In this document: one piece after another, positions 18,543 to 31,122 of the stretch | Position numbering within the stretch: the first letter of the stretch is position 1 | How the letters are laid out: every line of letters starts with the position of its first letter | IMG/VR virus record: IMGVR_UViG_647533158_000002 | Strand: one strand, 5' to 3' | Source of the DNA: a virus | Taxonomy: Duplodnaviria > Heunggongvirae > Uroviricota > Caudoviricetes | Length of the DNA: 44,824 bases | Position numbers and translations under genes: made by a program | The notes under the pieces: model-generated | Seen by the model: only the letters and a program-made list of their open reading frames with translations | Database searches by the model: none | Told to the model about the DNA's origin: nothing

Positions 18543-19039
18543 TGCCTCCATCATTACGAAAAGCCGTTGCTGCTGCTATTGGTGGCGGAGCAATTGCTAT
18601 AGCATCAGTGTTAATCACTGGCCCAAGTGGTAACGATGGTCTGGAAGGTGTCAGCTACATACCATACAAAGATATTGTTGGTGTATGGACTGTATGTCAC
18701 GGGCATACAGGAAAAGACATCATGCTCGGTAAAACGTATACCAAAGCAGAATGCAAAGCCCTCCTGAATAAAGACCTTGCCACGGTCGCCAGACAAATTA
18801 ACCCGTACATCAAAGTCGATATACCGGAAACAATGCGCGGCGCTCTTTACTCATTCGTTTACAACGTGGGTGCTGGCAATTTCAGAACATCGACGCTTCT
18901 TCGCAAAATAAACCAGGGCGATATCAAAGGCGCATGTGATCAGCTACGTCGCTGGACATATGCTGGCGGTAAGCAATGGAAAGGTCTCATGACTCGTCGT
19001 GAGATTGAGCGTGAAATCTGTTTGTGGGGTCAGCAATGA
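18542..19039 (+). CDS. rrrD: SAR-endolysin (lysozyme, phage 21 R21-type)
   Basis: 165 aa; N-terminal Gly/Ala-rich signal-anchor-release segment ([20 protein letters not shown]) then lysozyme domain. Confidence 0.9.
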   Translation: MPPSLRKAVAAAIGGGAIAIASVLITGPSGNDGLEGVSYIPYKDIVGVWTVCHGHTGKDIMLGKTYTKAECKALLNKDLATVARQINPYIKVDIPETMRGALYSFVYNVGAGNFRTSTLLRKINQGDIKGACDQLRRWTYAGGKQWKGLMTRREIEREICLWGQQ

Positions 19040-19497
19040 ACAGAGTAACCGCGATTATCTCCGCTCTGGTTATCTGCATCATCGTCTGCCTGTCATGGGC
19101 TGTTAATCATTACCGTGATAACGCCATTACCTACAAAGCCCAGCGCGACAAAAATGCCAGAGAACTGAAGCTGGCGAACGCGGCAATTACTGACATGCAG
19201 ATGCGTCAGCGTGATGTTGCTGCGCTCGATGCAAAATACACGAAGGAGTTAGCTGATGCGAAAGCTGAAAATGATGCTCTGCGTGATGATGTTGCCGCTG
19301 GTCGTCGTCGGTTGCACATCAAAGCAGTCTGTCAGTCAGTGCGTGAAGCCACCACCGCCTCCGGCGTGGATAATGCAGCCTCCCCCCGACTGGCAGACAC
19401 CGCTGAACGGGATTATTTCACCCTCAGAGAGAGGCTGATCACTATGCAAAAACAACTGGAAGGAACCCAGAAGTATATTAATGAGCAGTGCAGATAG
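19036..19497 (+). CDS. rzpD: i-spanin Rz
   Basis: N-terminal TM segment, coiled-coil periplasmic domain; start at ATG 19036 (MNRVTAII...) overlapping endolysin stop. Confidence 0.85.
   Translation: MNRVTAIISALVICIIVCLSWAVNHYRDNAITYKAQRDKNARELKLANAAITDMQMRQRDVAALDAKYTKELADAKAENDALRDDVAAGRRRLHIKAVCQSVREATTASGVDNAASPRLADTAERDYFTLRERLITMQKQLEGTQKYINEQCR
19256..19438 (+). CDS. rzoD: o-spanin Rz1 (lipoprotein embedded in +1 frame of Rz)
   Basis: 60 aa; lipobox LVVVGC, Pro-rich (PPPPP); wholly nested inside Rz in another frame. Confidence 0.8.
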   Translation: MRKLKMMLCVMMLPLVVVGCTSKQSVSQCVKPPPPPAWIMQPPPDWQTPLNGIISPSERG

Positions 19498-19528
19498 AGC
19501 TGCCCATATCGATGGGCAACTCATGCAA

Positions 19529-19822
19529 TTATTGTGAGCAATACACACGCGCTTCCAGCGGAGTATAAATGCCTAAAGTAATAAAACCGAGAAATCCATT
19601 TACGAATGTTTGCTGGGTTTCTGTTTTAACAACATTTTCTGCGCCGCCACAAATTTTGGCTGCATCAACAGTTTTCTCCTGTCCAATTCCCGAAACGAAG
19701 AAATGATGGGTGATGGTTTCCTTTGGTGTTACTGCTGTCGGTTTGTTTCCAACAGTAAACGTCTGTTGAGCACATCCTGTAATAAGCATTGCCAGAGCGG
19801 CAGAAAACAACATTTTTTTCAT
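19529..19822 (-). CDS. borD: Bor lipoprotein (serum-resistance-associated)
   Basis: MKKMLFSAALAMLITGCAQQTFTV... lipobox ITGC; recognised as lambda Bor-like; start at internal ATG 19822. Confidence 0.9.
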   Translation of the reverse strand: MKKMLFSAALAMLITGCAQQTFTVGNKPTAVTPKETITHHFFVSGIGQEKTVDAAKICGGAENVVKTETQQTFVNGFLGFITLGIYTPLEARVYCSQ

Positions 19823-20182
19823 CTTATTATCCTGCATTGTTAAAAACGGCAGAATCCTATGTGACAACAATTAAACGATAGTTAAATGGATTGATGAAAA
19901 TTAAAACTATATAGGTGGATGCTCAGCCTATTGGAGGAGGGGGGGCACTCAGAATCCTGTGGAATGAAATAAACCGCTCTATCTGTCCATTACCCTTTTA
20001 GCTGCGCTGTATCGTCGCCGTATTCCCGCATTAACCATGACCGTAGCCCGACGGGGAATTCCTTCTGCGTGAGTGTGCGGGAATAATCAAAAACGATGCA
20101 CACCGGGTTTTACTGTGCTGACAGACGCAGGGTTACCCTCATAGTCGCTTTTCCGGTGCGATGGTGGAAGAAACCGGGATGT

Positions 20183-20377
20183 TCATCCATCATCACTTTG
20201 GATTGATGTATATGCTCTCTTTTCTGACGTTAGTCTCCGACGGCAGGCTTCAATGACCCAGGCTGAGAAATTCCCAGACCCTTTTTGCTCAAGAGCGATG
20301 TTAATTTGTTCAATCATTTGGTTAGGAAAGCGGATGTTGCGGGTTGTTGTTCTGCGGGTTCTGTTCTTCGTTGACAT
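20183..20377 (-). CDS. ylcI: small DUF3950-type protein (YlcI-like)
   Basis: 64 aa ORF MSTKNRTRRTTTRNIRFPNQMIEQINIALEQKG...; position between bor and cos. Confidence 0.6.
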   Translation of the reverse strand: MSTKNRTRRTTTRNIRFPNQMIEQINIALEQKGSGNFSAWVIEACRRRLTSEKRAYTSIQSDDG

Positions 20378-20559
20378 GAGGTTGCCCCGTATTCAGTGTC
20401 GCTGATTTGTATTGTCTGAAGTTGTTTTTACGTTAAGTTGATGCAGATCAATTAATACGATACCTGCGTCATAATTGATTATTTGACGTGGTTTGATGGC
20501 GTAGATGCACGTTGTGACATGTAGATGATAATTATTATCATTTTTGCGGGTCCTTTCCG

Positions 20560-20766
20560 GCGATCCGACAGGTTACGGGGCGGCGACCTCGCGGGTTTTC
20601 GCTATTTATGAAAATTTTCCGGTTTAAGGTGTTTCCGTTCTTCTTCGTCGTAACTTAATGTTTTTATTTAAAATACCCCCTGAAAAGAAAGGAAACGACA
20701 GGTGCTGAAAACGGGCTTTTTGGCCTTTGTCGTTTCCTTTCTCTGTTTTTGTCCGTGGAATGAACA
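20560..20766 (+). other. cos site: cosN cohesive end GGGCGGCGACCT (20578-20589) followed by cosB up to the nu1 start
   Basis: Sequence ...CGATCCGACAGGTTACG|GGGCGGCGACCTCGCGGGTTTTCGCTATTTATGAAAATTTTCCGG... reads as the lambda right-end / left-end junction. Confidence 0.9.
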
Positions 20767-21286
20767 ATGGAAGTCAACAAAAAGCAGCTGGCTGACATTT
20801 TCGGTGCGAGTATCCGTACCATTCAGAACTGGCAGGAACAGGGAATGCCCGTTCTGCGAGGCGGTGGCAAGGGTAATGAGGTGCTTTATGACTCTGCCGC
20901 CGTTATAAAATGGTATGCCGAAAGGGATGCTGAAATTGAGAACGAAAAGCTGCGCCGGGAAGTTGAAGAACTGCGGCAGGCCAGCGAGACAGATCTCCAG
21001 CCAGGGACTATTGAGTACGAACGCCATCGACTTACGCGTGCGCAGGCCGACGCACAGGAACTGAAGAATGCCAGAGACTCCGCTGAAGTGGTGGAAACCG
21101 CATTCTGTACTTTCGTGCTGTCGCGGATCGCAGGTGAAATTGCCAGTATTCTCGACGGGATCCCCCTGTCGGTGCAGCGGCGTTTTCCGGAACTGGAAAA
21201 CCGACATGTTGATTTCCTGAAACGGGATATCATCAAAGCCATGAACAAAGCAGCCGCGCTGGATGAACTGATACCGGGGTTGCTGA

Positions 21287-21312
<26 letters not shown>
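20767..21312 (+). CDS. nu1: terminase small subunit Nu1
   Basis: 181 aa; MEVNKKQLADIFGASIRTIQNWQEQGMPVLRGGGKGNEVLYD... recognised as lambda Nu1. Confidence 0.95.
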
Positions 21313-24993
<3,681 letters not shown>

Positions 24994-25013
<20 letters not shown>

Positions 25014-26313
25014 TCTCCCGCATATTGCCAGCATGGCTTTTAATGAGCCGCTGATGCTTGAACCCGCCTATGCGCGGGTTTTCTTTTGTGCGCTTGCAGG
25101 CCAGCTTGGGATCAGCCGCCTGACGGATGCAGTATCCGGCGACAGCCTGACTGCCGGAGAGGCACCCGCGGCGCTGGCGTTATCCGGTGATGATGACGGA
25201 CCACGACAGGCCCGCAGTTATCAGGTCATGAACGGCATCGCCGTGCTGCCGGTGTCCGGTACGCTGGTCAGTCGGACGCGGGCGCTGCAGCCGTATTCGG
25301 GAATGACCGGTTACAACGGCATTATCGCCCGTCTGCAACAGGCTGCCAGTGACCCGATGGTGGACGGCATTCTGCTCGATATGGATACGCCAGGCGGAAT
25401 GGTGGCGGGGGCATTTGACTGCGCTGACATCATCGCCCGTGTGCGTGACATAAAGCCGGTATGGGCGCTGGCCAATGACATGAACTGCAGCGCAGGTCAG
25501 CTGCTTGCCAGTGCCGCCTCCCGGCGTCTGGTCACGCAGACCGCCCGGACAGGCTCCATCGGCGTCATGATGGCTCACAGTAATTACGGCGCTGCGCTGG
25601 AGAAACAGGGCGTGGAAATCACGCTGATTTACAGCGGCAGCCATAAGGTGGATGGCAACCCCTACAGCCATCTACCGGATGATGTCCGGGAAACACTGCA
25701 GTCCCGGATGGATGCAACCCGCCGGATGTTTGCACAGAAGGTGTCGGCATATACCGGCCTGTCTGTGCAGGCTGTGCTGGATACCGAGGCTGCAGTGTAC
25801 AGCGGTCAGGAGGCCATTGATGCCGGACTGGCTGATGAACTTGTTAACAGTACCGATGCGATCACCGTCATGCGTGATGCACTGGATGCACGTAAATCCC
25901 GTCTCTCAGGAGGGCGAATGACCAAAGAGACTCAATCAACAACTGTTTCAGCCACTGCTTCGCAGGCTGACGTTACTGGCGTGGTGCAAGCGACGGAGGG
26001 CGAGAACGCCAGCGCGGCGCAGCCGGACGTAAACGCGCAGATCACCGCAGCGGTTGCGGCAGAAAACAGTCGCATTATGGGGATCCTCAACTGTGAGGAG
26101 GCTCACGGACGTGAAGAACAGGCACGCGTGCTGGCCGAAACCCCCGGTATGACCGTGGAAACGGCCCGCCGCATTCTGGCAGCTGCACCACAGAGTGCAC
26201 AGGCGCGCAGTGACACTGCGCTGGATCGTCTGATGCAGGGGGCACCGGCACCGCTGGCTGCAGGTAACCCGGCATCTGATGCCGTTAACGATTTGCTGAA
26301 CACACCAGTGTAA
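24994..26313 (+). CDS. C: head maturation protease / scaffold C (GTG start)
   Basis: GTG at 24994 preceded by GAGGAGGAGAAGA; VTAELRNLPHIASMAFNEPLMLEP... matches lambda gpC N-terminus; ClpP-like fold region. Confidence 0.85.
25918..26313 (+). CDS. nu3: scaffolding protein Nu3 (in-frame C-terminal product nested in C)
   Basis: Internal ATG 25918 (MTKETQSTTVSATASQ...) preceded by GGAGGG; lambda produces Nu3 from the same frame. Confidence 0.6.
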   Translation: MTKETQSTTVSATASQADVTGVVQATEGENASAAQPDVNAQITAAVAAENSRIMGILNCEEAHGREEQARVLAETPGMTVETARRILAAAPQSAQARSDTALDRLMQGAPAPLAAGNPASDAVNDLLNTPV

Positions 26314-26322
26314 GGGATGTTT

Positions 26323-26655
26323 ATGACGAGCAAAGAAACCTTTACCCATTACCAACCGCTGGGCAACAGTGACCCGGCACATACGGCAACCGCGCCCGGC
26401 GGATTGAGTGCGAAAGCGCCTGCAATGACCCCGCTGATGCTGGATACCTCCACCCGTAAGCTGGTTGCGTGGGATGGCACCACCGACGGTGCTGCCGTTG
26501 GCATTCTGGCGGTTGATGCTGACCAGACCAGCACCACGCTGACGTACTACAAGTCCGGCACGTTCCGTTATGAGGATGTGCTCTGGCCGGAGGCTGCCAG
26601 CGACGAGACGAAAAAACGGACCGCGTTTGCCGGAACGGCAATCAGCATCGTTTAA
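26323..26655 (+). CDS. D: head decoration protein D
   Basis: 110 aa [27 protein letters not shown]... recognised as lambda gpD. Confidence 0.9.
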   Translation: MTSKETFTHYQPLGNSDPAHTATAPGGLSAKAPAMTPLMLDTSTRKLVAWDGTTDGAAVGILAVDADQTSTTLTYYKSGTFRYEDVLWPEAASDETKKRTAFAGTAISIV

Positions 26656-26676
26656 CCTTACCCTTCATCACTAAAG

Positions 26677-26697
26677 GCCGCCTGTGCGGCTTTTTTT
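26677..26697 (+). terminator. hairpin + T-run between D and E (attenuator/terminator-like)
   Basis: GCCGCCTGTGCGGC followed by TTTTTTT. Confidence 0.5.
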
Positions 26698-26710
26698 ACG
26701 GGATTTTTTT

Positions 26711-27736
26711 ATGTCGATGTACACAACCGCCCAGCTGCTGGCGGCAAATGAGAAGAAATTTAAGTTTGATCCGCTGTTTCTGCGTCTCTTTTTCCGTGAG
26801 AGCTATCCCTTCACCACGGAGAAAGTCTATCTCTCACAAATTCCGGGACTGGTAAACATGGCGCTGTACGTTTCGCCGATTGTTTCCGGTGAGGTTATCC
26901 GCTCCCGTGGCGGCTCCACCTCTGAATTTACACCGGGATATGTCAAACCCAAGCATGAGGTGAATCCGCAGATGACCCTGCGTCGCCTGCCGGATGAAGA
27001 TCCACAGAATCTGGCGGACCCGGCTTACCGCCGCCGTCGCATCATCCTGCAGAACATGCGAGACGAAGAGCTGGCCATTGCTCAGGTCGAAGAGATGCAG
27101 GCAGTTTCTGCCGTGCTTAAGGGCAAATACACCATGACCGGTGAAGCCTTCGATCCGGTTGAAGTGGATATGGGCCGCAGTGTGGCGAACAACATCACGC
27201 AGTCCGGCGGTACGGAGTGGAGCAAGCGTGACAAGTCCACGTATGACCCGACCGACGATATCGAAGCCTACGCGCTGAACGCCAGCGGTGTGGTGAATAT
27301 CATCGTGTTTGATCCGAAAGGCTGGGCGCTGTTCCGTTCCTTCAAAGCCGTCAAGGAGAAGCTGGATACCCGTCGCGGCTCTAATTCCGAGCTGGAGACA
27401 GCGGTAAAAGACCTGGGCGAAGCGGTGTCCTATAAGGGGATGTATGGCGATACGGCGATCGTCGTGTATTCCGGACAGTATGTGGAAAACGACGTCAAAA
27501 AGAACTTCCTTCCGGACAACACGATGGTGCTGGGGAACACTCAGGCACGCGGTCTGCGCACCTATGGCTGCATTCAGGATGCGGACGCACAGCGCGAAGG
27601 TATTAACGCCTCTGCCCGCTACCCGAAAAACTGGGTGACCACCGGCGATCCGGCGCGTGAGTTCACCATGATTCAGTCAGCACCGCTGATGCTGCTGGCT
27701 GACCCTGATGCGTTCGTGTCCGTACAACTGGCGTAA
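26711..27736 (+). CDS. E: major capsid protein E
   Basis: 341 aa from ATG 26711 (MSMYTTAQLLAANEKKFKFDPLFLRLFF...) recognised as lambda gpE. Confidence 0.95.
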   Translation: MSMYTTAQLLAANEKKFKFDPLFLRLFFRESYPFTTEKVYLSQIPGLVNMALYVSPIVSGEVIRSRGGSTSEFTPGYVKPKHEVNPQMTLRRLPDEDPQNLADPAYRRRRIILQNMRDEELAIAQVEEMQAVSAVLKGKYTMTGEAFDPVEVDMGRSVANNITQSGGTEWSKRDKSTYDPTDDIEAYALNASGVVNIIVFDPKGWALFRSFKAVKEKLDTRRGSNSELETAVKDLGEAVSYKGMYGDTAIVVYSGQYVENDVKKNFLPDNTMVLGNTQARGLRTYGCIQDADAQREGINASARYPKNWVTTGDPAREFTMIQSAPLMLLADPDAFVSVQLA

Positions 27737-27738
27737 TC

Positions 27739-27760
27739 ATGGCCCTTCGGGGCCATTTTC
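27739..27760 (+). terminator. stable hairpin after E (UUCG-type loop)
   Basis: ATGGCCC-TTCG-GGGCCAT then TTTTC. Confidence 0.4.
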
Positions 27761-27777
27761 TCTCTGTGGAGGAGTCC

Positions 27778-28173
27778 ATGACGAAAGATGAACTGATTGC
27801 CCGTCTTCAGGTGCTGGGTGAGCAACTGAACCGTGATGTCAGCCTGACGGGGACGAAAGAAGAACTGGCACTCCGTGTGGCAGAGCTGGAAGAGGAGCTT
27901 GATGACACGGATGACGCTGCCGGTCAGGACACATCTGTCAGCCCGGAAAATGCGCTGACCGGGCATGAAAATGAGGTGGTATCAGCGCAGCCGGATACCG
28001 TGATTGATACGGCTGCTCTGGTCACGGTCGTGGCACTGGTGACGCTGCATACTGATGCACTTCACGCCACGCGGGATGAGCCTGTGGCATTTGTGCTGCC
28101 GGGAACGGCGTTTCGTGTCTCTGCCGGTGTGGCAGCCGAAATGACAGAACATGGCCTGGCCAGAATGCAATAA
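27778..28173 (+). CDS. FI: DNA packaging protein FI
   Basis: 131 aa from ATG 27778 (MTKDELIARLQVLGEQLNRDVSLTGTKEELALRVAELEEEL...). Confidence 0.85.
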   Translation: MTKDELIARLQVLGEQLNRDVSLTGTKEELALRVAELEEELDDTDDAAGQDTSVSPENALTGHENEVVSAQPDTVIDTAALVTVVALVTLHTDALHATRDEPVAFVLPGTAFRVSAGVAAEMTEHGLARMQ

Positions 28174-28184
28174 CGGGAGGCGCT

Positions 28185-28538
28185 GTGGCTGATTCCGATA
28201 ACCTGTTCGATGCTGCCATTGCCCGCGCCGATGAAACGATACGCGGGTACATGGGAACGTCAGCCACCATGACATCCGGTGAGCTGTCCGGTGCTGTGAT
28301 ACGTGGTGTTTTTGATGACCCTGAAAATATCAGCTATGCCGGACAGGGGGTGCGCGTTGAAGGCTCCAGCCCGTCCCTGTTTGTCCGGACTGATGATGTG
28401 CGGCAGCTGCGGCGTGGAGACACACTGACCATCGGCGAGGAAAACTTCTGGGTGGACCGGATTTCGCCGGATGATGGCGGAAGCTGTCATCTCTGGCTTG
28501 GGCGGGGCGTACCGCCTGCCGTTAACCGTCGCCGCTGA
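28185..28538 (+). CDS. FII: head completion protein FII
   Basis: 117 aa MADSDNLFDAAIARADETIRGYMG... recognised as lambda gpFII. Confidence 0.9.
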   Translation: MADSDNLFDAAIARADETIRGYMGTSATMTSGELSGAVIRGVFDDPENISYAGQGVRVEGSSPSLFVRTDDVRQLRRGDTLTIGEENFWVDRISPDDGGSCHLWLGRGVPPAVNRRR

Positions 28539-28549
28539 AAGGGGGATGT

Positions 28550-29128
28550 ATGGCCATAAAAGGTCTTGAGCAGGCCGTTGAAAACCTCAGCCGTATCAGC
28601 AGAACGGCGGTGCCCGGTGCCGCCGCAATGGCCATTAACCGCGTTGCTTCATCCGCGATATCGCAGTCGGCGTCACAGGTTGCCCGTGAGACAAAGGTAC
28701 GCCGGAAACTGGTAAAGGAAAGGGCCAGGCTGAAAAGGGCCACGGTCAAAAATCCGCAGGCCAGAATCAAGGTTAACCGGGGGGATTTGCCCGTAATAAA
28801 GCTGGGTAACGCGCGGATTGTCCTGTCCCGACGCAGGCGTCGTAAAAAGGGGCAGCGTTCAGCCCTGAAAGGTGGCGGCAGCGTGCTTGTGGTGGGAAAC
28901 CGTCGTATTCCCGGCGCGTTTATTCAGCAACTGAAAAATGGCCGGTGGCATGTCATGCAGCGTGTGGCCGGGAAAAACCGTTACCCCATTGATGTGGTGA
29001 AAATCCCGATGGCGGTGCCGCTGACCACGGCGTTTAAACAAAATATTGAGCGGATACGGCGTGAACGTCTTCCGAAAGAGCTGGGCTATGCGCTGCAGCA
29101 TCAACTGAGGATGGTAATAAAGCGATGA
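28550..29128 (+). CDS. Z: tail completion protein Z
   Basis: 192 aa recognised as lambda gpZ. Confidence 0.9.
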   Translation: MAIKGLEQAVENLSRISRTAVPGAAAMAINRVASSAISQSASQVARETKVRRKLVKERARLKRATVKNPQARIKVNRGDLPVIKLGNARIVLSRRRRRKKGQRSALKGGGSVLVVGNRRIPGAFIQQLKNGRWHVMQRVAGKNRYPIDVVKIPMAVPLTTAFKQNIERIRRERLPKELGYALQHQLRMVIKR

Positions 29129-29520
29129 AACATACTGAACTCCGTGCAGCCGTACTGGATGCACTGGAGAAGCATGACACCGGGGCGACGTTTTTTGATG
29201 GTCGCCCCGCTGTTTTTGATGAGGCGGATTTTCCGGCAGTTGCCGTTTATCTCACCGGCGCTGAATACACGGGCGAAGAGCTGGACAGCGATACCTGGCA
29301 GGCGGAGCTGCATATCGAAGTTTTCCTGCCTGCTCAGGTGCCGGATTCAGAGCTGGATGCGTGGATGGAGTCCCGGATTTATCCGGTGATGAGCGATATC
29401 CCGGCACTGTCAGATTTGATCACCAGTATGGTGGCCAGCGGCTATGACTACCGGCGCGACGATGATGCGGGCCTGTGGAGTTCAGCCGATCTGACTTATG
29501 TCATTACCTATGAAATGTGA
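29125..29520 (+). CDS. U: tail terminator protein U
   Basis: 131 aa [33 protein letters not shown]... recognised as lambda gpU. Confidence 0.9.
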   Translation: MKHTELRAAVLDALEKHDTGATFFDGRPAVFDEADFPAVAVYLTGAEYTGEELDSDTWQAELHIEVFLPAQVPDSELDAWMESRIYPVMSDIPALSDLITSMVASGYDYRRDDDAGLWSSADLTYVITYEM

Positions 29521-29527
29521 GGACGCT

Positions 29528-30268
29528 ATGCCTGTACCAAATCCTACAATGCCGGTGAAAGGTGCCGGGACCACCCTGTGGGTTTATAAGGGGAGCGGTG
29601 ACCCTTATGCGAATCCGCTTTCAGACGTTGACTGGTCGCGTCTGGCAAAAGTTAAAGACCTGACGCCCGGCGAACTGACCGCTGAGTCCTATGACGACAG
29701 CTATCTCGATGATGAAGATGCAGACTGGACTGCGACCGGGCAGGGGCAGAAATCTGCCGGAGATACCAGCTTCACGCTGGCGTGGATGCCCGGAGAGCAG
29801 GGGCAGCAGGCGCTGCTGGCGTGGTTTAATGAAGGCGATACCCGTGCCTATAAAATCCGCTTCCCGAACGGCACGGTCGATGTGTTCCGTGGCTGGGTCA
29901 GCAGTATCGGTAAGGCGGTGACGGCGAAGGAAGTGATCACCCGCACGGTGAAAGTCACCAATGTGGGACGTCCGTCGATGGCAGAAGATCGCAGCACGGT
30001 AACAGCGGCAACCGGCATGACCGTGACGCCTGCCAGCACCTCGGTGGTGAAAGGGCAGAGCACCACGCTGACCGTGGCCTTCCAGCCGGAGGGCGTAACC
30101 GACAAGAGCTTTCGTGCGGTGTCTGCGGATAAAACAAAAGCCACCGTGTCGGTCAGTGGTATGACCATCACCGTGAAAGGCGTTGCTGCAGGTAAGGTCA
30201 ACATTCCGGTTGTATCCGGTAATGGTGAACTTGCTGCGGTTGCAGAAATCACTGTCACCGACAGTTAA
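29528..30268 (+). CDS. V: major tail tube protein V (with C-terminal Ig-like domain)
   Basis: 246 aa from ATG 29528 ([22 protein letters not shown]...). Confidence 0.9.
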   Translation: MPVPNPTMPVKGAGTTLWVYKGSGDPYANPLSDVDWSRLAKVKDLTPGELTAESYDDSYLDDEDADWTATGQGQKSAGDTSFTLAWMPGEQGQQALLAWFNEGDTRAYKIRFPNGTVDVFRGWVSSIGKAVTAKEVITRTVKVTNVGRPSMAEDRSTVTAATGMTVTPASTSVVKGQSTTLTVAFQPEGVTDKSFRAVSADKTKATVSVSGMTITVKGVAAGKVNIPVVSGNGELAAVAEITVTDS

Positions 30269-30283
30269 TCCGGAGAGTCAGCG

Positions 30284-30706
30284 ATGTTCCTGAAAACCGA
30301 ATCATTTGAACATAACGGCGTGACCGTCACGCTTTCTGAACTGTCAGCCCTGCAGCGTATTGAGCATCTCGCCCTGATGAAACGGCAGGCAGAACAGGCG
30401 GAGTCAGACAGCAACCGGAAGTTTACTGTGGAAGACGCCATCAGAACCGGTGCTTTTGTGGTGGCTATGTCCCTGTGGCATAACCATCCGCAGAAGACAA
30501 AGCAGCCTTCCATGAATGAAGCCGTTAAACAGATTGAGCAGGAAGTGCTTACCACCTGGCCCACAGAGGCAATTTCTCATGCTGAAAACGTGGTGTACCG
30601 GCTGTCCGGTATGTATGAGTTTGTGGTGAATGATGCCCCTGAACAGGCAGAGGACGCCGGGCCTGCAGAGCCTGTTTCTGCGGGAAAGTGTTCGACGGTG
30701 AGCTGA
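30284..30706 (+). CDS. G: tail assembly chaperone G
   Basis: 140 aa MFLKTESFEHNGVTVTLSELSALQRIEHLALMKRQ...; contains slippery site near 3' end. Confidence 0.9.
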   Translation: MFLKTESFEHNGVTVTLSELSALQRIEHLALMKRQAEQAESDSNRKFTVEDAIRTGAFVVAMSLWHNHPQKTKQPSMNEAVKQIEQEVLTTWPTEAISHAENVVYRLSGMYEFVVNDAPEQAEDAGPAEPVSAGKCSTVS

Positions 30707-31122
30707 GCTTTGCCCTGAAACTGGCGCGCGAGATGGGGCGACCCGACTGGCGTGCCATGCTTGCCGGGATGTCATCCACGGAGTATGCCGACTGGCACCG
30801 CTTTTACAGTACCCATTATTTTCATGATGTTCTGCTGGATATGCACTTTTCCGGGCTGACGTACACCGTGCTCAGCCTGTTTTTCAGCGATCCGGATATG
30901 CATCCGCTGGATTTCAGTCTGCTGAACCGGCGTGAGGCTGACGAAGAGCCTGAAGATGATGTGCTGATGCAGAAAGCGGCAGGGCTTGCCGGAGGCGTCC
31001 GCTTTGGCCCGGACGTGAATGAAGTTATCCCCGTTTCCCCGGATGAGGCGGACATGACGGAGGATGACGTAATGCTGATGACAGTATCAGAAGGGATCGC
31101 AGGAGGAGTCCGGTATGGCTGA
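30688..31122 (+). CDS. T: T portion of tail assembly chaperone G-T (expressed by -1 programmed frameshift from G)
   Basis: Slippery heptamer G_GGA_AAG at 30682-30688 in the G frame; the -1 frame continues VFDGELSFALKLAREMGRPDWRAMLAG... to 31122 with no independent RBS/ATG. Confidence 0.8.
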   Translation: MFDGELSFALKLAREMGRPDWRAMLAGMSSTEYADWHRFYSTHYFHDVLLDMHFSGLTYTVLSLFFSDPDMHPLDFSLLNRREADEEPEDDVLMQKAAGLAGGVRFGPDVNEVIPVSPDEADMTEDDVMLMTVSEGIAGGVRYG

